Source: an uncultured Candidatus Saccharibacteria bacterium (GTDB lineage: Bacteria; Patescibacteriota; 4484-211; JAGQKX01). Taken from it: a stretch of 64,000 bases of DNA. How positions within the stretch are numbered: the first letter of the stretch is position 1; every line of letters begins with the position of its first letter. This document shows, one piece after another, positions 16,878-25,084 of the stretch. The notes beneath the pieces were generated by a model. It made no database searches. It was not told the origin of the DNA and was given only the letters and a program-made list of their open reading frames with translations. A program made the position numbers and the translations under genes. The DNA is taken from positions 139,637 through 203,636 of the forward strand of contig CAYMOT010000002.1 of assembly GCA_964392315.1 (NCBI GenBank), given 5' to 3'.

Positions 16878-17516
16878 TTAGAGCTGGGATTTAATTTGCT
16901 CCATTATTGAAGCAACATGGGTACGCCATCCACCATGTGTTTGAGCACTTTGCGGAGTATATAGCTGTTCTATTTGTGCAGGGGTCACGCGGCCATTCTT
17001 GATGTAATTTTCGCAGAGTCCCTGCCCTACTCGTTCAATTGCGTGATCCCAGTTTTCGAATACTGCACCGCTTGATTTACCCGAGTAAATTGCCCACCCA
17101 AATGCATTGAACGATCCGCGGGGAATTATTCGTCCATATCCTGACTCTTTACCCGCAATTGCGGGTAAAAGAGCCCAGTCCATTGGACATGCGTCAGCAA
17201 CGCGGATAAACGTCTCTGCATGACCAGCCATGGGTGAATTCTGTGCGATAAGAAATTTTTCTAATACATACGGGCGTTTGTCATTATCACCTTCGGTAAA
17301 TCCAAAAATGCTGCTTACTTTTGGAATAGCTGCAAAATAACCAGATTTAGTAGTGCTGGACGCTTCTGTCTGATTAGCCCCGCCAGAATGTCGCTGCCAA
17401 ATTCCATACACTAATACACCAGAAACAAGTATTGCTCCAAAAAACCAAACACTCAGCGCATAGAGACCAAGAGGCATATGAATTAACCGGAAAGTTTTGA
17501 AGGGAGTGCGTATCAT
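16878..17516 (-). CDS. Glucosaminidase-domain (FlgJ-C / N-acetylglucosaminidase-like) peptidoglycan hydrolase
   Basis: N-terminal TM. LLPAIAGKESGYG ... NAFGW block typical of the mannosyl-glycoprotein endo-beta-N-acetylglucosaminidase domain. Confidence 0.5.
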   Translation of the reverse strand: MIRTPFKTFRLIHMPLGLYALSVWFFGAILVSGVLVYGIWQRHSGGANQTEASSTTKSGYFAAIPKVSSIFGFTEGDNDKRPYVLEKFLIAQNSPMAGHAETFIRVADACPMDWALLPAIAGKESGYGRIIPRGSFNAFGWAIYSGKSSGAVFENWDHAIERVGQGLCENYIKNGRVTPAQIEQLYTPQSAQTHGGWRTHVASIMEQIKSQL

Positions 17517-17519
17517 AGA

Positions 17520-19418
17520 CTAGCAGCCAACGCCTTCATCAAGCTGAGATGGCTGGGGTGCGCTTTGCATTTCCTGAGGGAATCCGCACGCTGACCAATA
17601 AACATAATACGTCTTCTCTTCAGTGTTACATGGTGTAAGATCTGCATACAGTGCGATTTCGTCTGTAGTGAGTGATGTAAGATATCCTTGACGATAGTCA
17701 GTAATAACACAACCATCTCTTTCCGATATTTGGGGTATCGATGCAAGATATTCGTTATTTATGGTCAGCATGTCGAGCTGTGTTGGGTATTTTCCATTGT
17801 TATCAATATAGTAAGCATTAAGTGCTGTAGAGATTTGCCCAATATCTGACATGACCATTGAATTTTCTGCATTACCCAAAAACCCTCCAAAAACCGTCTC
17901 TATGTATTCTTCAATTGGTGCACTTTCTGTGGGGATGGTGATAACGGGAGTTTGATTGATATTAGTAAACTCTGCAACAAATGAGAGATTAACCGTATCT
18001 TTTTTGACTTCGCTCTCAGCGAGCACTTTTGTAGCTCCCGCTACTAACGGTCCGTTTGGATTAAAAACAATAGGAAGAGCGGGTAAAACATCTTCATAGT
18101 TATATGCATATGAGATGACTACCTGTACTTTGCGCATAATGTAAGAATCTTCATCAATCCATGTATCAATAACAAATTGTGAGAAATCATTCAGCGACTC
18201 TTTTAAAATTGCTTGATCCTCTGGGTCCATAGGACTACCCTGTGCGTTAGCTGAGGTTGCGATAAATTGTGCCATTGTTTCGCTTGATGGCTCCATATGC
18301 AGTCGATATGCGGAGGTATTATCTGATAACTTTTCCTTTCCTGTTAGGGTTATCTCCTTTTTAACCGATTCCTGTTCATACATGGTCTGCAGGACTCCCT
18401 TCATTGATTCATAGAGTGCATCTTCTTCGGATGGTGTAATAGTCGATTCCAGCGCTGCTCTTGCTTGCGATTCAAGTTGACTTATATCTGAGTAATACCA
18501 GGTACCAGCGGGAGGCAAAAATTCCCCGAAACTACTCAGTGCACCAGTTACCGTATCCAATTGCACATACGCTTTTTCTTTTGTTGTCACAAAGTTTGCG
18601 GATATTTGACCGGTCAATTCTGCAGCGGAAGATTGCAATGCGATGTTGGTTTGCATCTTGTCTATTTCACCAGTTTCTGTGAAAGCAATATCGCCCACCG
18701 CTTTTATGTCAAATTGGCTATCCCCACTCATGATGCCGAACTGTTGTGAATCAAAGTCTACACTTGCAGAAACGTCATAATGGTACGACGAAAGCTCCGC
18801 AGTGGCTCCAAGAGCTTTGTTAATAACGTATGCTGCATCTTTTTTTGCAAAAGGCAGTAGTGGAAGAAAGTCAGCGTTTCCCGATACGACCATAGCCATT
18901 ACCGCGCCAAAGATTGCCATGACCAAGAACAACACTATGCCGGTTATGAGCTTTCTTCCCTGTACTTTCACGGTATGTGCAGGAATAAACGTATCGGTTT
19001 TCGTGAAATCTTTTGGTGGTACATCGAGGTTTGCTACTTGTTCAACATCTTTTGCGATGCCTGCATACTCATTTGGAACATCTGTTAATGGAGAAGGTGC
19101 AGGTGCAGGAGGGATCGGGGGTGATGGTGGGGCTGGTGCAACAGGTACTTCTGGTACTTCCCCCGTGGCAGGTGTTGGAATATTTCCTTGCATCTCTAGT
19201 GGTTCAGGTTGCACACTTGGGCTTGCGGTCATTTCATTAAGCGCTTGTTGGATGTCTTGTTCAGTTTGCACGGTTGATGTATCTATGGAAGCGGTCTCAC
19301 TTGTATCATTAAAGAATTTATCAAATGGGTTTGTGTGATCAACTGCAGGTTTAGTGGGCGTGTTTGGGTCTTGAGGATCCATTAGTATTAGTGTAGATGG
19401 CAGAACATGAAAAATCAA
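17520..19418 (-). CDS. Proline-rich membrane-anchored hypothetical protein (632 aa)
   Basis: PAPPSPPIPPAPAPSP low-complexity linker, a single TM (IVLFLVMAIFGAVMAMVV) and a large extracytoplasmic domain. No catalytic motif recognised. Confidence 0.5.
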   Translation of the reverse strand: MIFHVLPSTLILMDPQDPNTPTKPAVDHTNPFDKFFNDTSETASIDTSTVQTEQDIQQALNEMTASPSVQPEPLEMQGNIPTPATGEVPEVPVAPAPPSPPIPPAPAPSPLTDVPNEYAGIAKDVEQVANLDVPPKDFTKTDTFIPAHTVKVQGRKLITGIVLFLVMAIFGAVMAMVVSGNADFLPLLPFAKKDAAYVINKALGATAELSSYHYDVSASVDFDSQQFGIMSGDSQFDIKAVGDIAFTETGEIDKMQTNIALQSSAAELTGQISANFVTTKEKAYVQLDTVTGALSSFGEFLPPAGTWYYSDISQLESQARAALESTITPSEEDALYESMKGVLQTMYEQESVKKEITLTGKEKLSDNTSAYRLHMEPSSETMAQFIATSANAQGSPMDPEDQAILKESLNDFSQFVIDTWIDEDSYIMRKVQVVISYAYNYEDVLPALPIVFNPNGPLVAGATKVLAESEVKKDTVNLSFVAEFTNINQTPVITIPTESAPIEEYIETVFGGFLGNAENSMVMSDIGQISTALNAYYIDNNGKYPTQLDMLTINNEYLASIPQISERDGCVITDYRQGYLTSLTTDEIALYADLTPCNTEEKTYYVYWSACGFPQEMQSAPQPSQLDEGVGC

Positions 19419-19518
19419 GCATGGCGTGAGTAACTAAATAAGCAAATAAACAAATAACCCAATTAAATAGTATTTGTACTATTTGTCCGCCAGCTGGCGG
19501 ATTTGCTATTATCTTATT

Positions 19519-20190
19519 ATGTTTCACGTTGCCATTTTTGATCTCAATGGGACCATACTTGACGATGAGTGGTTATGGAAGCAGTCGTTTGAGCGTGTTT
19601 TCCGCAGTGAGGGAGGAAGTGGTACACCGCAAACAAGACCAGGTGTTGGTATTTTGGATAATTGGAAACATATAACATCTGGTAATTCAGAACTCAAACG
19701 ATCCGATATTGAAGTATTAGTCCGTAAGACATTGGATGATTATAGTGACCATATTGACGACGTCGCGACATTCAGAAAAGGAGTAGTAGAATATCTCCAA
19801 TTTTTGGACACGTCATCTGTAGCAATTGCATTGGCGACTTCTTCATCGGAGCGTACCTTACAAAAAATTGCACACTACTTCCCTACTCTCTTTGATGTAT
19901 TTTCGGTAGTTGTCCATGGTGATGAAGTACAAAACCGCAAACCTGCACCGGATATTTTTCTAAAAGCGCTTGAAAAAGTAAATGCCGTTTCTCAACAACA
20001 GTATACGACCCATGATTGTGTCGTGTTTGAAGACTCGAATGCAGGGGTACAAGCAGCAAAGTCTGCTAAGATGTATGTTGTGCATCTACCCAATGGCCTC
20101 GAACAATCTATCATGACTCCATCCCCTGACCTTGTTGCCAAAGATTTTACGGATAAGAGAATTTATAAGTTATTTGAAGGAGGTGCATAA
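19519..20190 (+). CDS. HAD-superfamily hydrolase (beta-phosphoglucomutase-like)
   Basis: Motif I FDLNGT (DxDGT-like, second Asp replaced by Asn); RKPAPD and FEDSNAGV motifs. Start moved to the ATG at 19519 (MFHVAIFDLNGT). A TATTAT -10 sits only ~6 nt upstream, so the mRNA may be leaderless. Confidence 0.6.
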   Translation: MFHVAIFDLNGTILDDEWLWKQSFERVFRSEGGSGTPQTRPGVGILDNWKHITSGNSELKRSDIEVLVRKTLDDYSDHIDDVATFRKGVVEYLQFLDTSSVAIALATSSSERTLQKIAHYFPTLFDVFSVVVHGDEVQNRKPAPDIFLKALEKVNAVSQQQYTTHDCVVFEDSNAGVQAAKSAKMYVVHLPNGLEQSIMTPSPDLVAKDFTDKRIYKLFEGGA

Positions 20191-20192
20191 CT

Positions 20193-20426
20193 ATGAAACT
20201 ATTTAATAGAGGTGGTGAAGGAAACATTGTGAGTTCTGGCGAAGCAAAGGATGGCTTTGGCAGAACAAGCTTTAGACGGGTTGGCAAAGATCACACTGGA
20301 AATCGTTCAGATGAGACAGCCTGGAAAGCTGAAGGGAAAATCGATCGAGAATTAGCTCAAAATCAAAGAGATGCGGAGATCGCCGCTGAATTTGATAATT
20401 ATGTGCCTCCACAAAGTAGGAGATAA
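20193..20426 (+). CDS. Small hypothetical protein (77 aa, charged)
   Basis: Strong GGAGGTG SD 7 nt upstream of the ATG; directly follows the HAD gene. Confidence 0.45.
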   Translation: MKLFNRGGEGNIVSSGEAKDGFGRTSFRRVGKDHTGNRSDETAWKAEGKIDRELAQNQRDAEIAAEFDNYVPPQSRR

Positions 20427-20508
20427 TAGTTAAGTTCAAATTTGCTCGATTTTTTTACAAGCTCAAGCCATTTGTTAATTGGTTTATTTGTACTATTTGT
20501 TTATTAAA

Positions 20509-22296
20509 TTAGTAGATCTCGAACTGCTTGAGGAGTTTTTTGTTGCCTTCTATTTGGTACTGTAACAAATCAGCATAGATGCCATCTTGGGTAGAGAGTT
20601 CCTGTGGCGAACCGATGGCTTCGACTTTCTTTTGGTTAAGAACGATAATTTTGTTCGCGTTTTGGATTGTGGAAAAACGGTGTGCAATAACAATAACCAA
20701 CCGGTCTTTGACCAGATTATTAATGGCTTCGCTCACTTCATTTTCGGACTTCGCATCAAGGCTTGATGTTGCTTCGTCGAGTATAAGAATAGGCGCATCC
20801 TTATAGATCGCACGTGCGATTTGAATACGCTGACGTTGACCGCCAGATAATTTGACTCCGCGCTCCCCTACTTCGGTATTGATTCCTTCTTTCAGTGACT
20901 CTACAAATGTCATGGCATTTGCCTTATTCAAGGCGTCTTTTACCTTTTCTTCATCCATAGACGAACCATACGCAACATTCTCCTTAATTGTTGTAGAAAA
21001 AAGTTCGTTTTCCTGAAACACGAGCGCTATGTTTTCGCGGACAAATTTGTGGGTTAGATCTGCATAACTTTTTCCATTAACCATGATTTCGCCGGTGGTA
21101 GGTTCATAGAATTTCAAAAGTAAGTTCGCAACGGTGGATTTGCCTGCTCCACTGTGTCCGACCAGGGCAACCATTTCATTTTGGTCTAGGGCAAAGGTAA
21201 CATCCTCAAGAACAGTGCCTGATTCACCATATGCAAACGAAACATTTCTAAACTCGATGTGTGGTTTCTCAACTTTTGCTATTTCTTCATTACCAGAATA
21301 TTCCTCCTTTGCATCCAGATCGAGAATTTCGAAAAACTCTTTGGAACCTGCTTCTGCCATTTGGATTTGTCCGAGAATATATGACATGCCAAATAGCGGA
21401 GAGCGTGCGCGTTCCACGAGTTGTATTAGAATGATCACGGTACCGACAGTGATTAGCCCTTCTAAAGCATTATAAAAAATTATAAGACTCGTCCCAAAGA
21501 GAATGATGTATAAGCTGGTTTCGCGTGCAAAATCGAACAGATGAAACTCATTACTTTGTTTTCGATATATTTCGTTAATATTACCCAAGTTATGAGCGAC
21601 TAAATCATATTCGTTTTTCTCGTTAGTAAATGCCTTTACTAGTTTCATATTTGAAATTACCTCCTGGATACGACCACGGGTTCGGTCTTCAATCCCGTTC
21701 TTGACGACCTCCTTAGTTCCCCAACGTTTTGTCGATATACTGCTGAGCGTCAGGTAAATAGGAAAAATAATAACCATGAGTAACGCGAGGGCGAGGTTAA
21801 AATATGCGAGGGCGCCAATAACAATAATGCCTTGTAAGAACATGGGTACGATAAAATTTGTAGCGGTGTTGATGAACTCTTGAATTGAGGTAATCCCTCG
21901 GTTCAGTTGATTTACGACTTTTCCTGAGATTTCTGAGTCATAATACGACTGCGGTAATCTAAGCGCTTTGTCATAGAATTGCTCGGTGAGATATTTGCGC
22001 ATTTTCCCCGCCAAATGGTCGCCTAGTCGTTGGCCAACAGAGCGGGTAATTAAAAAGCCAATCGTCGCTGAAAGTGAGATCCCCAATAACTTGATAAGTT
22101 GTGCATATTCTCTGGTATCGGTTCCTGCTTGTCGTATGACCTCATCTAATATTTTACCCGACAACAGCGGGGTAACTACCTCTAAGGACGTACTGACCAC
22201 TACTACAAAGGCAATTAAAGCCATGAGGTTATGGAGCGGCTTGGAAAGTTTTAAGATTTTAAAAATATTCTTCATGTAAAAATGGTGCGTAGACAT
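20509..22296 (-). CDS. ABC transporter, fused permease/ATP-binding exporter (MsbA-like)
   Basis: N-terminal 6-TM domain; Walker A GHSGAGKST; signature LSGGQRQR; Walker B ILILDEATS. Confidence 0.85.
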   Translation of the reverse strand: MSTHHFYMKNIFKILKLSKPLHNLMALIAFVVVVSTSLEVVTPLLSGKILDEVIRQAGTDTREYAQLIKLLGISLSATIGFLITRSVGQRLGDHLAGKMRKYLTEQFYDKALRLPQSYYDSEISGKVVNQLNRGITSIQEFINTATNFIVPMFLQGIIVIGALAYFNLALALLMVIIFPIYLTLSSISTKRWGTKEVVKNGIEDRTRGRIQEVISNMKLVKAFTNEKNEYDLVAHNLGNINEIYRKQSNEFHLFDFARETSLYIILFGTSLIIFYNALEGLITVGTVIILIQLVERARSPLFGMSYILGQIQMAEAGSKEFFEILDLDAKEEYSGNEEIAKVEKPHIEFRNVSFAYGESGTVLEDVTFALDQNEMVALVGHSGAGKSTVANLLLKFYEPTTGEIMVNGKSYADLTHKFVRENIALVFQENELFSTTIKENVAYGSSMDEEKVKDALNKANAMTFVESLKEGINTEVGERGVKLSGGQRQRIQIARAIYKDAPILILDEATSSLDAKSENEVSEAINNLVKDRLVIVIAHRFSTIQNANKIIVLNQKKVEAIGSPQELSTQDGIYADLLQYQIEGNKKLLKQFEIY

Positions 22297-22417
22297 CGTA
22301 AGTATACTCTATACAGTAAGTCTGTGCCTACGAAAACCACCTTCTTTTTGCTACAATACAAGACATACTCTTGCGTAGTTATCTTGCTACTTTTACATTT
22401 GCTTATTGTTAGTATTG

Positions 22418-22437
22418 GCCTGCCTTCGCAGGCAGGC
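22418..22437. repeat. GCCTGCC-TTCGC-AGGCAGGC hairpin 20 nt upstream of the tRNA-His 5' end
   Basis: Perfect 8-bp stem. A near-identical stem (CCTGCC-TGCA-GGCAGG) sits 13 nt upstream of the tRNA-Gly 5' end at 52122-52139. Confidence 0.5.
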
Positions 22438-22456
22438 ATACTTGAAAAATTTTCAT

Positions 22457-22533
22457 GGTGGGCGTAGCTCAATTGGCAGAGCATCAGTTTGTGGTACTGA
22501 GGGTTGCGGGTTCGAGTCCCGTCGCTCACCCCA
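22457..22533 (+). tRNA. tRNA-His (anticodon GTG) with an encoded G-1
   Basis: Extra 5' G pairing with C73. Anticodon arm TCAGT-TTGTGGT-ACTGA. T arm GCGGG-TTCGAGT-CCCGT. CCA encoded. Confidence 0.85.
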
Positions 22534-22632
22534 TACGATGGTTATTAGCTCCGAACGACCGAATTGCCCTTATACAGGGGCTCATCCGGTGGATCGAAAA
22601 GCTGACTTCTCTATTTATCGCACGATAGGTGC

Positions 22633-24345
22633 TTATGAGTTGGTAACTAATCGAGGGTGGTCGTGGCCGTAGGACAATCGCTCCTGTAAGTGTTTGATGT
22701 GTTTTGTGCGAATATCTTGGAGTTTGATCGCTTCTTTGGTGAATTTTTTAACAATTGAAGCGGCGTGCGAGCCTCCCAAAAAGTGCGGTAGTATCACATA
22801 GTCTGCCCCTGCATCATACAGGTCGAGTGCATGCTCTATCTGGTGTGCTACAAGGATTACCGCAGTTTTGCTCTTTCCTCTTTTTGCGGAGGAGAGAATA
22901 ATGAGATTGGTTTCAAAATCAGGGACCGTCGATACGACCAACTCACATTGATTGATCCGTAAGTCATCGAGTAGGTCAGGATCATTCGCGTCGCCAAACT
23001 CTGTTGGAATATTGCTCGTTTGCAATTTTTTTACCACATCTGGATCATGCTCAATTACCAAATAGTTTAATTCCTGCTTCATAAACAAATTAATGAAGTC
23101 GTAGCCAATTCTACTTCCACCGATCAGTATTGCATCATTAGTCTGTTTTGGAATTCTTTTTTCTCGAACCTGCTTTCGTTCGAAAATTCCTAAGTAAGGC
23201 GCTATGAATTTATAAATTCCATCCGAATATAAAATGAGATAGCTTGAGGTGAAAATGGTAACAATACCTACGAGCGTAACAATAGACAAAACCTCGGAAG
23301 AAACCTGTCCCAGTGTCACCCCTAACGCGACCAGAATCAGGGAAAACTCACTGATTTGTGCAGCCATCATACCGGTCTGAAAACTTGTCTTTTTGCGAAA
23401 ACCCAGCGCTCCCATCACAATGAGCTGCAGTAGCGGATTGCCAATAAGCACAAACACAGACAGAATGAGAGCCGGTGCAAGAATACTTAAAAAGTCACTT
23501 ACGACCATAGAGGTGCCCAATAATATAAAAAACGTGACAATAAAGAAGTCCCTAAGCGGTGCCAAACGTGCACCAATCTCGTGTCTACTAGGAAGAGTTG
23601 ACAATGCTATCCCTGCAATAAGTGCGCCGCCCTCCAGTGAAAAGCCTAAACTGGCGAAGATGGCAGATACGCACATGCCCCATGCAATCGCAAATAAGAA
23701 CAGAAGCTCTTGAGATTGTGCGACATACGTGTGTAAGTTTCTGATAACAAAATGCGAGACCAAAAAGACACCAATTGCAGCTGCAGTGCCAAGGAGTAAT
23801 GTGTTAATAAGTTCAACGCCACTTCCTTGTGAGCCGGTAATAAACGGAATGGTAAACAATAGCACAATTGCAATCAGATCTTGGAGTAAAAGCGATCCTA
23901 TCGATACTTTGACATATAATTTATCCAAATCCCCTTTGTCCGAGAGCAACTTCATGACAATCACCGTGCTCGAAAATGCAAGTGCAATACCGACATACAA
24001 TGAGGTTATCCAGTCGTAGCCTAATAGCATGCAAATAACCACCCCTACGCCACCAGTTAGGAGCACTTGACCAAATCCTGTCGCGACTGAAACAAGACCA
24101 TAATCCTTTAGAACTCTAGGATTAAGTGTCAAACCCACGCTAAACAGTAAGAATGAAATTCCAAGTTCGCTAAACAGTTTAAAAGTTTCGATGTCGCCAA
24201 ATAGATTAAGCGCAAATCGACCTATTATGAATCCAGTGAGGATATGGCCAATAATCAGCGGCTGGCGAAGTATTCGCATCAAGAATGCGACTGCAGTTGC
24301 TATCCCAATCAAAATGCTTGTTTGTGTGTATATGTTTAGATCCAT
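22633..24345 (-). CDS. Monovalent cation:proton antiporter (CPA2/Kef-type) with a C-terminal RCK/TrkA-N domain
   Basis: ~12 TM N-terminal region; C-terminal Rossmann-like block IAHQIEHALDLYDAGADYVILP. Confidence 0.7.
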   Translation of the reverse strand: MDLNIYTQTSILIGIATAVAFLMRILRQPLIIGHILTGFIIGRFALNLFGDIETFKLFSELGISFLLFSVGLTLNPRVLKDYGLVSVATGFGQVLLTGGVGVVICMLLGYDWITSLYVGIALAFSSTVIVMKLLSDKGDLDKLYVKVSIGSLLLQDLIAIVLLFTIPFITGSQGSGVELINTLLLGTAAAIGVFLVSHFVIRNLHTYVAQSQELLFLFAIAWGMCVSAIFASLGFSLEGGALIAGIALSTLPSRHEIGARLAPLRDFFIVTFFILLGTSMVVSDFLSILAPALILSVFVLIGNPLLQLIVMGALGFRKKTSFQTGMMAAQISEFSLILVALGVTLGQVSSEVLSIVTLVGIVTIFTSSYLILYSDGIYKFIAPYLGIFERKQVREKRIPKQTNDAILIGGSRIGYDFINLFMKQELNYLVIEHDPDVVKKLQTSNIPTEFGDANDPDLLDDLRINQCELVVSTVPDFETNLIILSSAKRGKSKTAVILVAHQIEHALDLYDAGADYVILPHFLGGSHAASIVKKFTKEAIKLQDIRTKHIKHLQERLSYGHDHPRLVTNS

Positions 24346-24350
24346 AAAAA

Positions 24351-25079
24351 TTACGAGAAGTGTGCAGCATCATCCTCTGGTTGATAGCCCAACTCACGTT
24401 GTGCGCTGCTGATATCCCAGTAGCGGCCGGTATTTGCGGAGATTGCGTAATAAATACCAAATGGTACTTTTGTTTCGAGGGACTTTTCTACCATTTGAAC
24501 GAGATCTCTATGGCTCAGCCAGATTTTCATCATCCGCGGGTCTTTTGTGGGGTCGTTTTCTGGTGTCACCAGTCCAATTCGCAAACAAATAGTATGCATA
24601 CCAAAATTTTCGAAATACTGCCGTGCGAGCGCTTCGCCGAATGCTTTGCTTGTACCATAATAGCTATCGGGACGAATGGGATCATTCACCGATATCTGGT
24701 GTGGATTCTCTTCCAAATGGAGCGAGCGTGGGTTGCCTTCATACGCGCCAGTAATATGCGTAGAGCTTGCGTAAATGATTACAGAAACGTCGTATTCCCG
24801 AGCTGCTTCAAGTATGTTTTTTGTACCTACAATATTGTTTTTTAAAACCGAATCCCAGCTGGCAGAGACACGTGAATCACCTGCAAGATGAATAACGGCT
24901 TCAGGCCGAACTTTTTTGAAAACTGCTTCTACCGCTGCTGCCTCTGATATATCCATTTTTAAATACCTGTTTGTCTCTTCACCACTTCTTCCCGTCCCAA
25001 TGACGTCATGTTCATCTGATAATGCTTGTGTCAGTATAGTGCCGATGATTCCGTTTGAACCAGTAATTAGTAGTTTCAT
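24351..25079 (-). CDS. NAD-dependent epimerase/dehydratase (extended SDR)
   Basis: MKLLITGSNGIIG glycine-rich NAD-binding start. YxxxK-type context (YGTSKAFGE). Start placed at MKLL (25079) to avoid overlap with the ATPase gene. Confidence 0.6.
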   Translation of the reverse strand: MKLLITGSNGIIGTILTQALSDEHDVIGTGRSGEETNRYLKMDISEAAAVEAVFKKVRPEAVIHLAGDSRVSASWDSVLKNNIVGTKNILEAAREYDVSVIIYASSTHITGAYEGNPRSLHLEENPHQISVNDPIRPDSYYGTSKAFGEALARQYFENFGMHTICLRIGLVTPENDPTKDPRMMKIWLSHRDLVQMVEKSLETKVPFGIYYAISANTGRYWDISSAQRELGYQPEDDAAHFS

Positions 25080-25084
25080 AATAA

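Noticed and set aside
17513-17746. 77-aa ORF overlapping the 3' end of the 632-aa gene in another frame
   Set aside because: Fully contained in a well-supported long gene; no independent signals.
22272-22529. 85-aa minus-strand ORF
   Set aside because: It overlaps the whole tRNA-His gene and the hairpin element. The tRNA fold is unambiguous.
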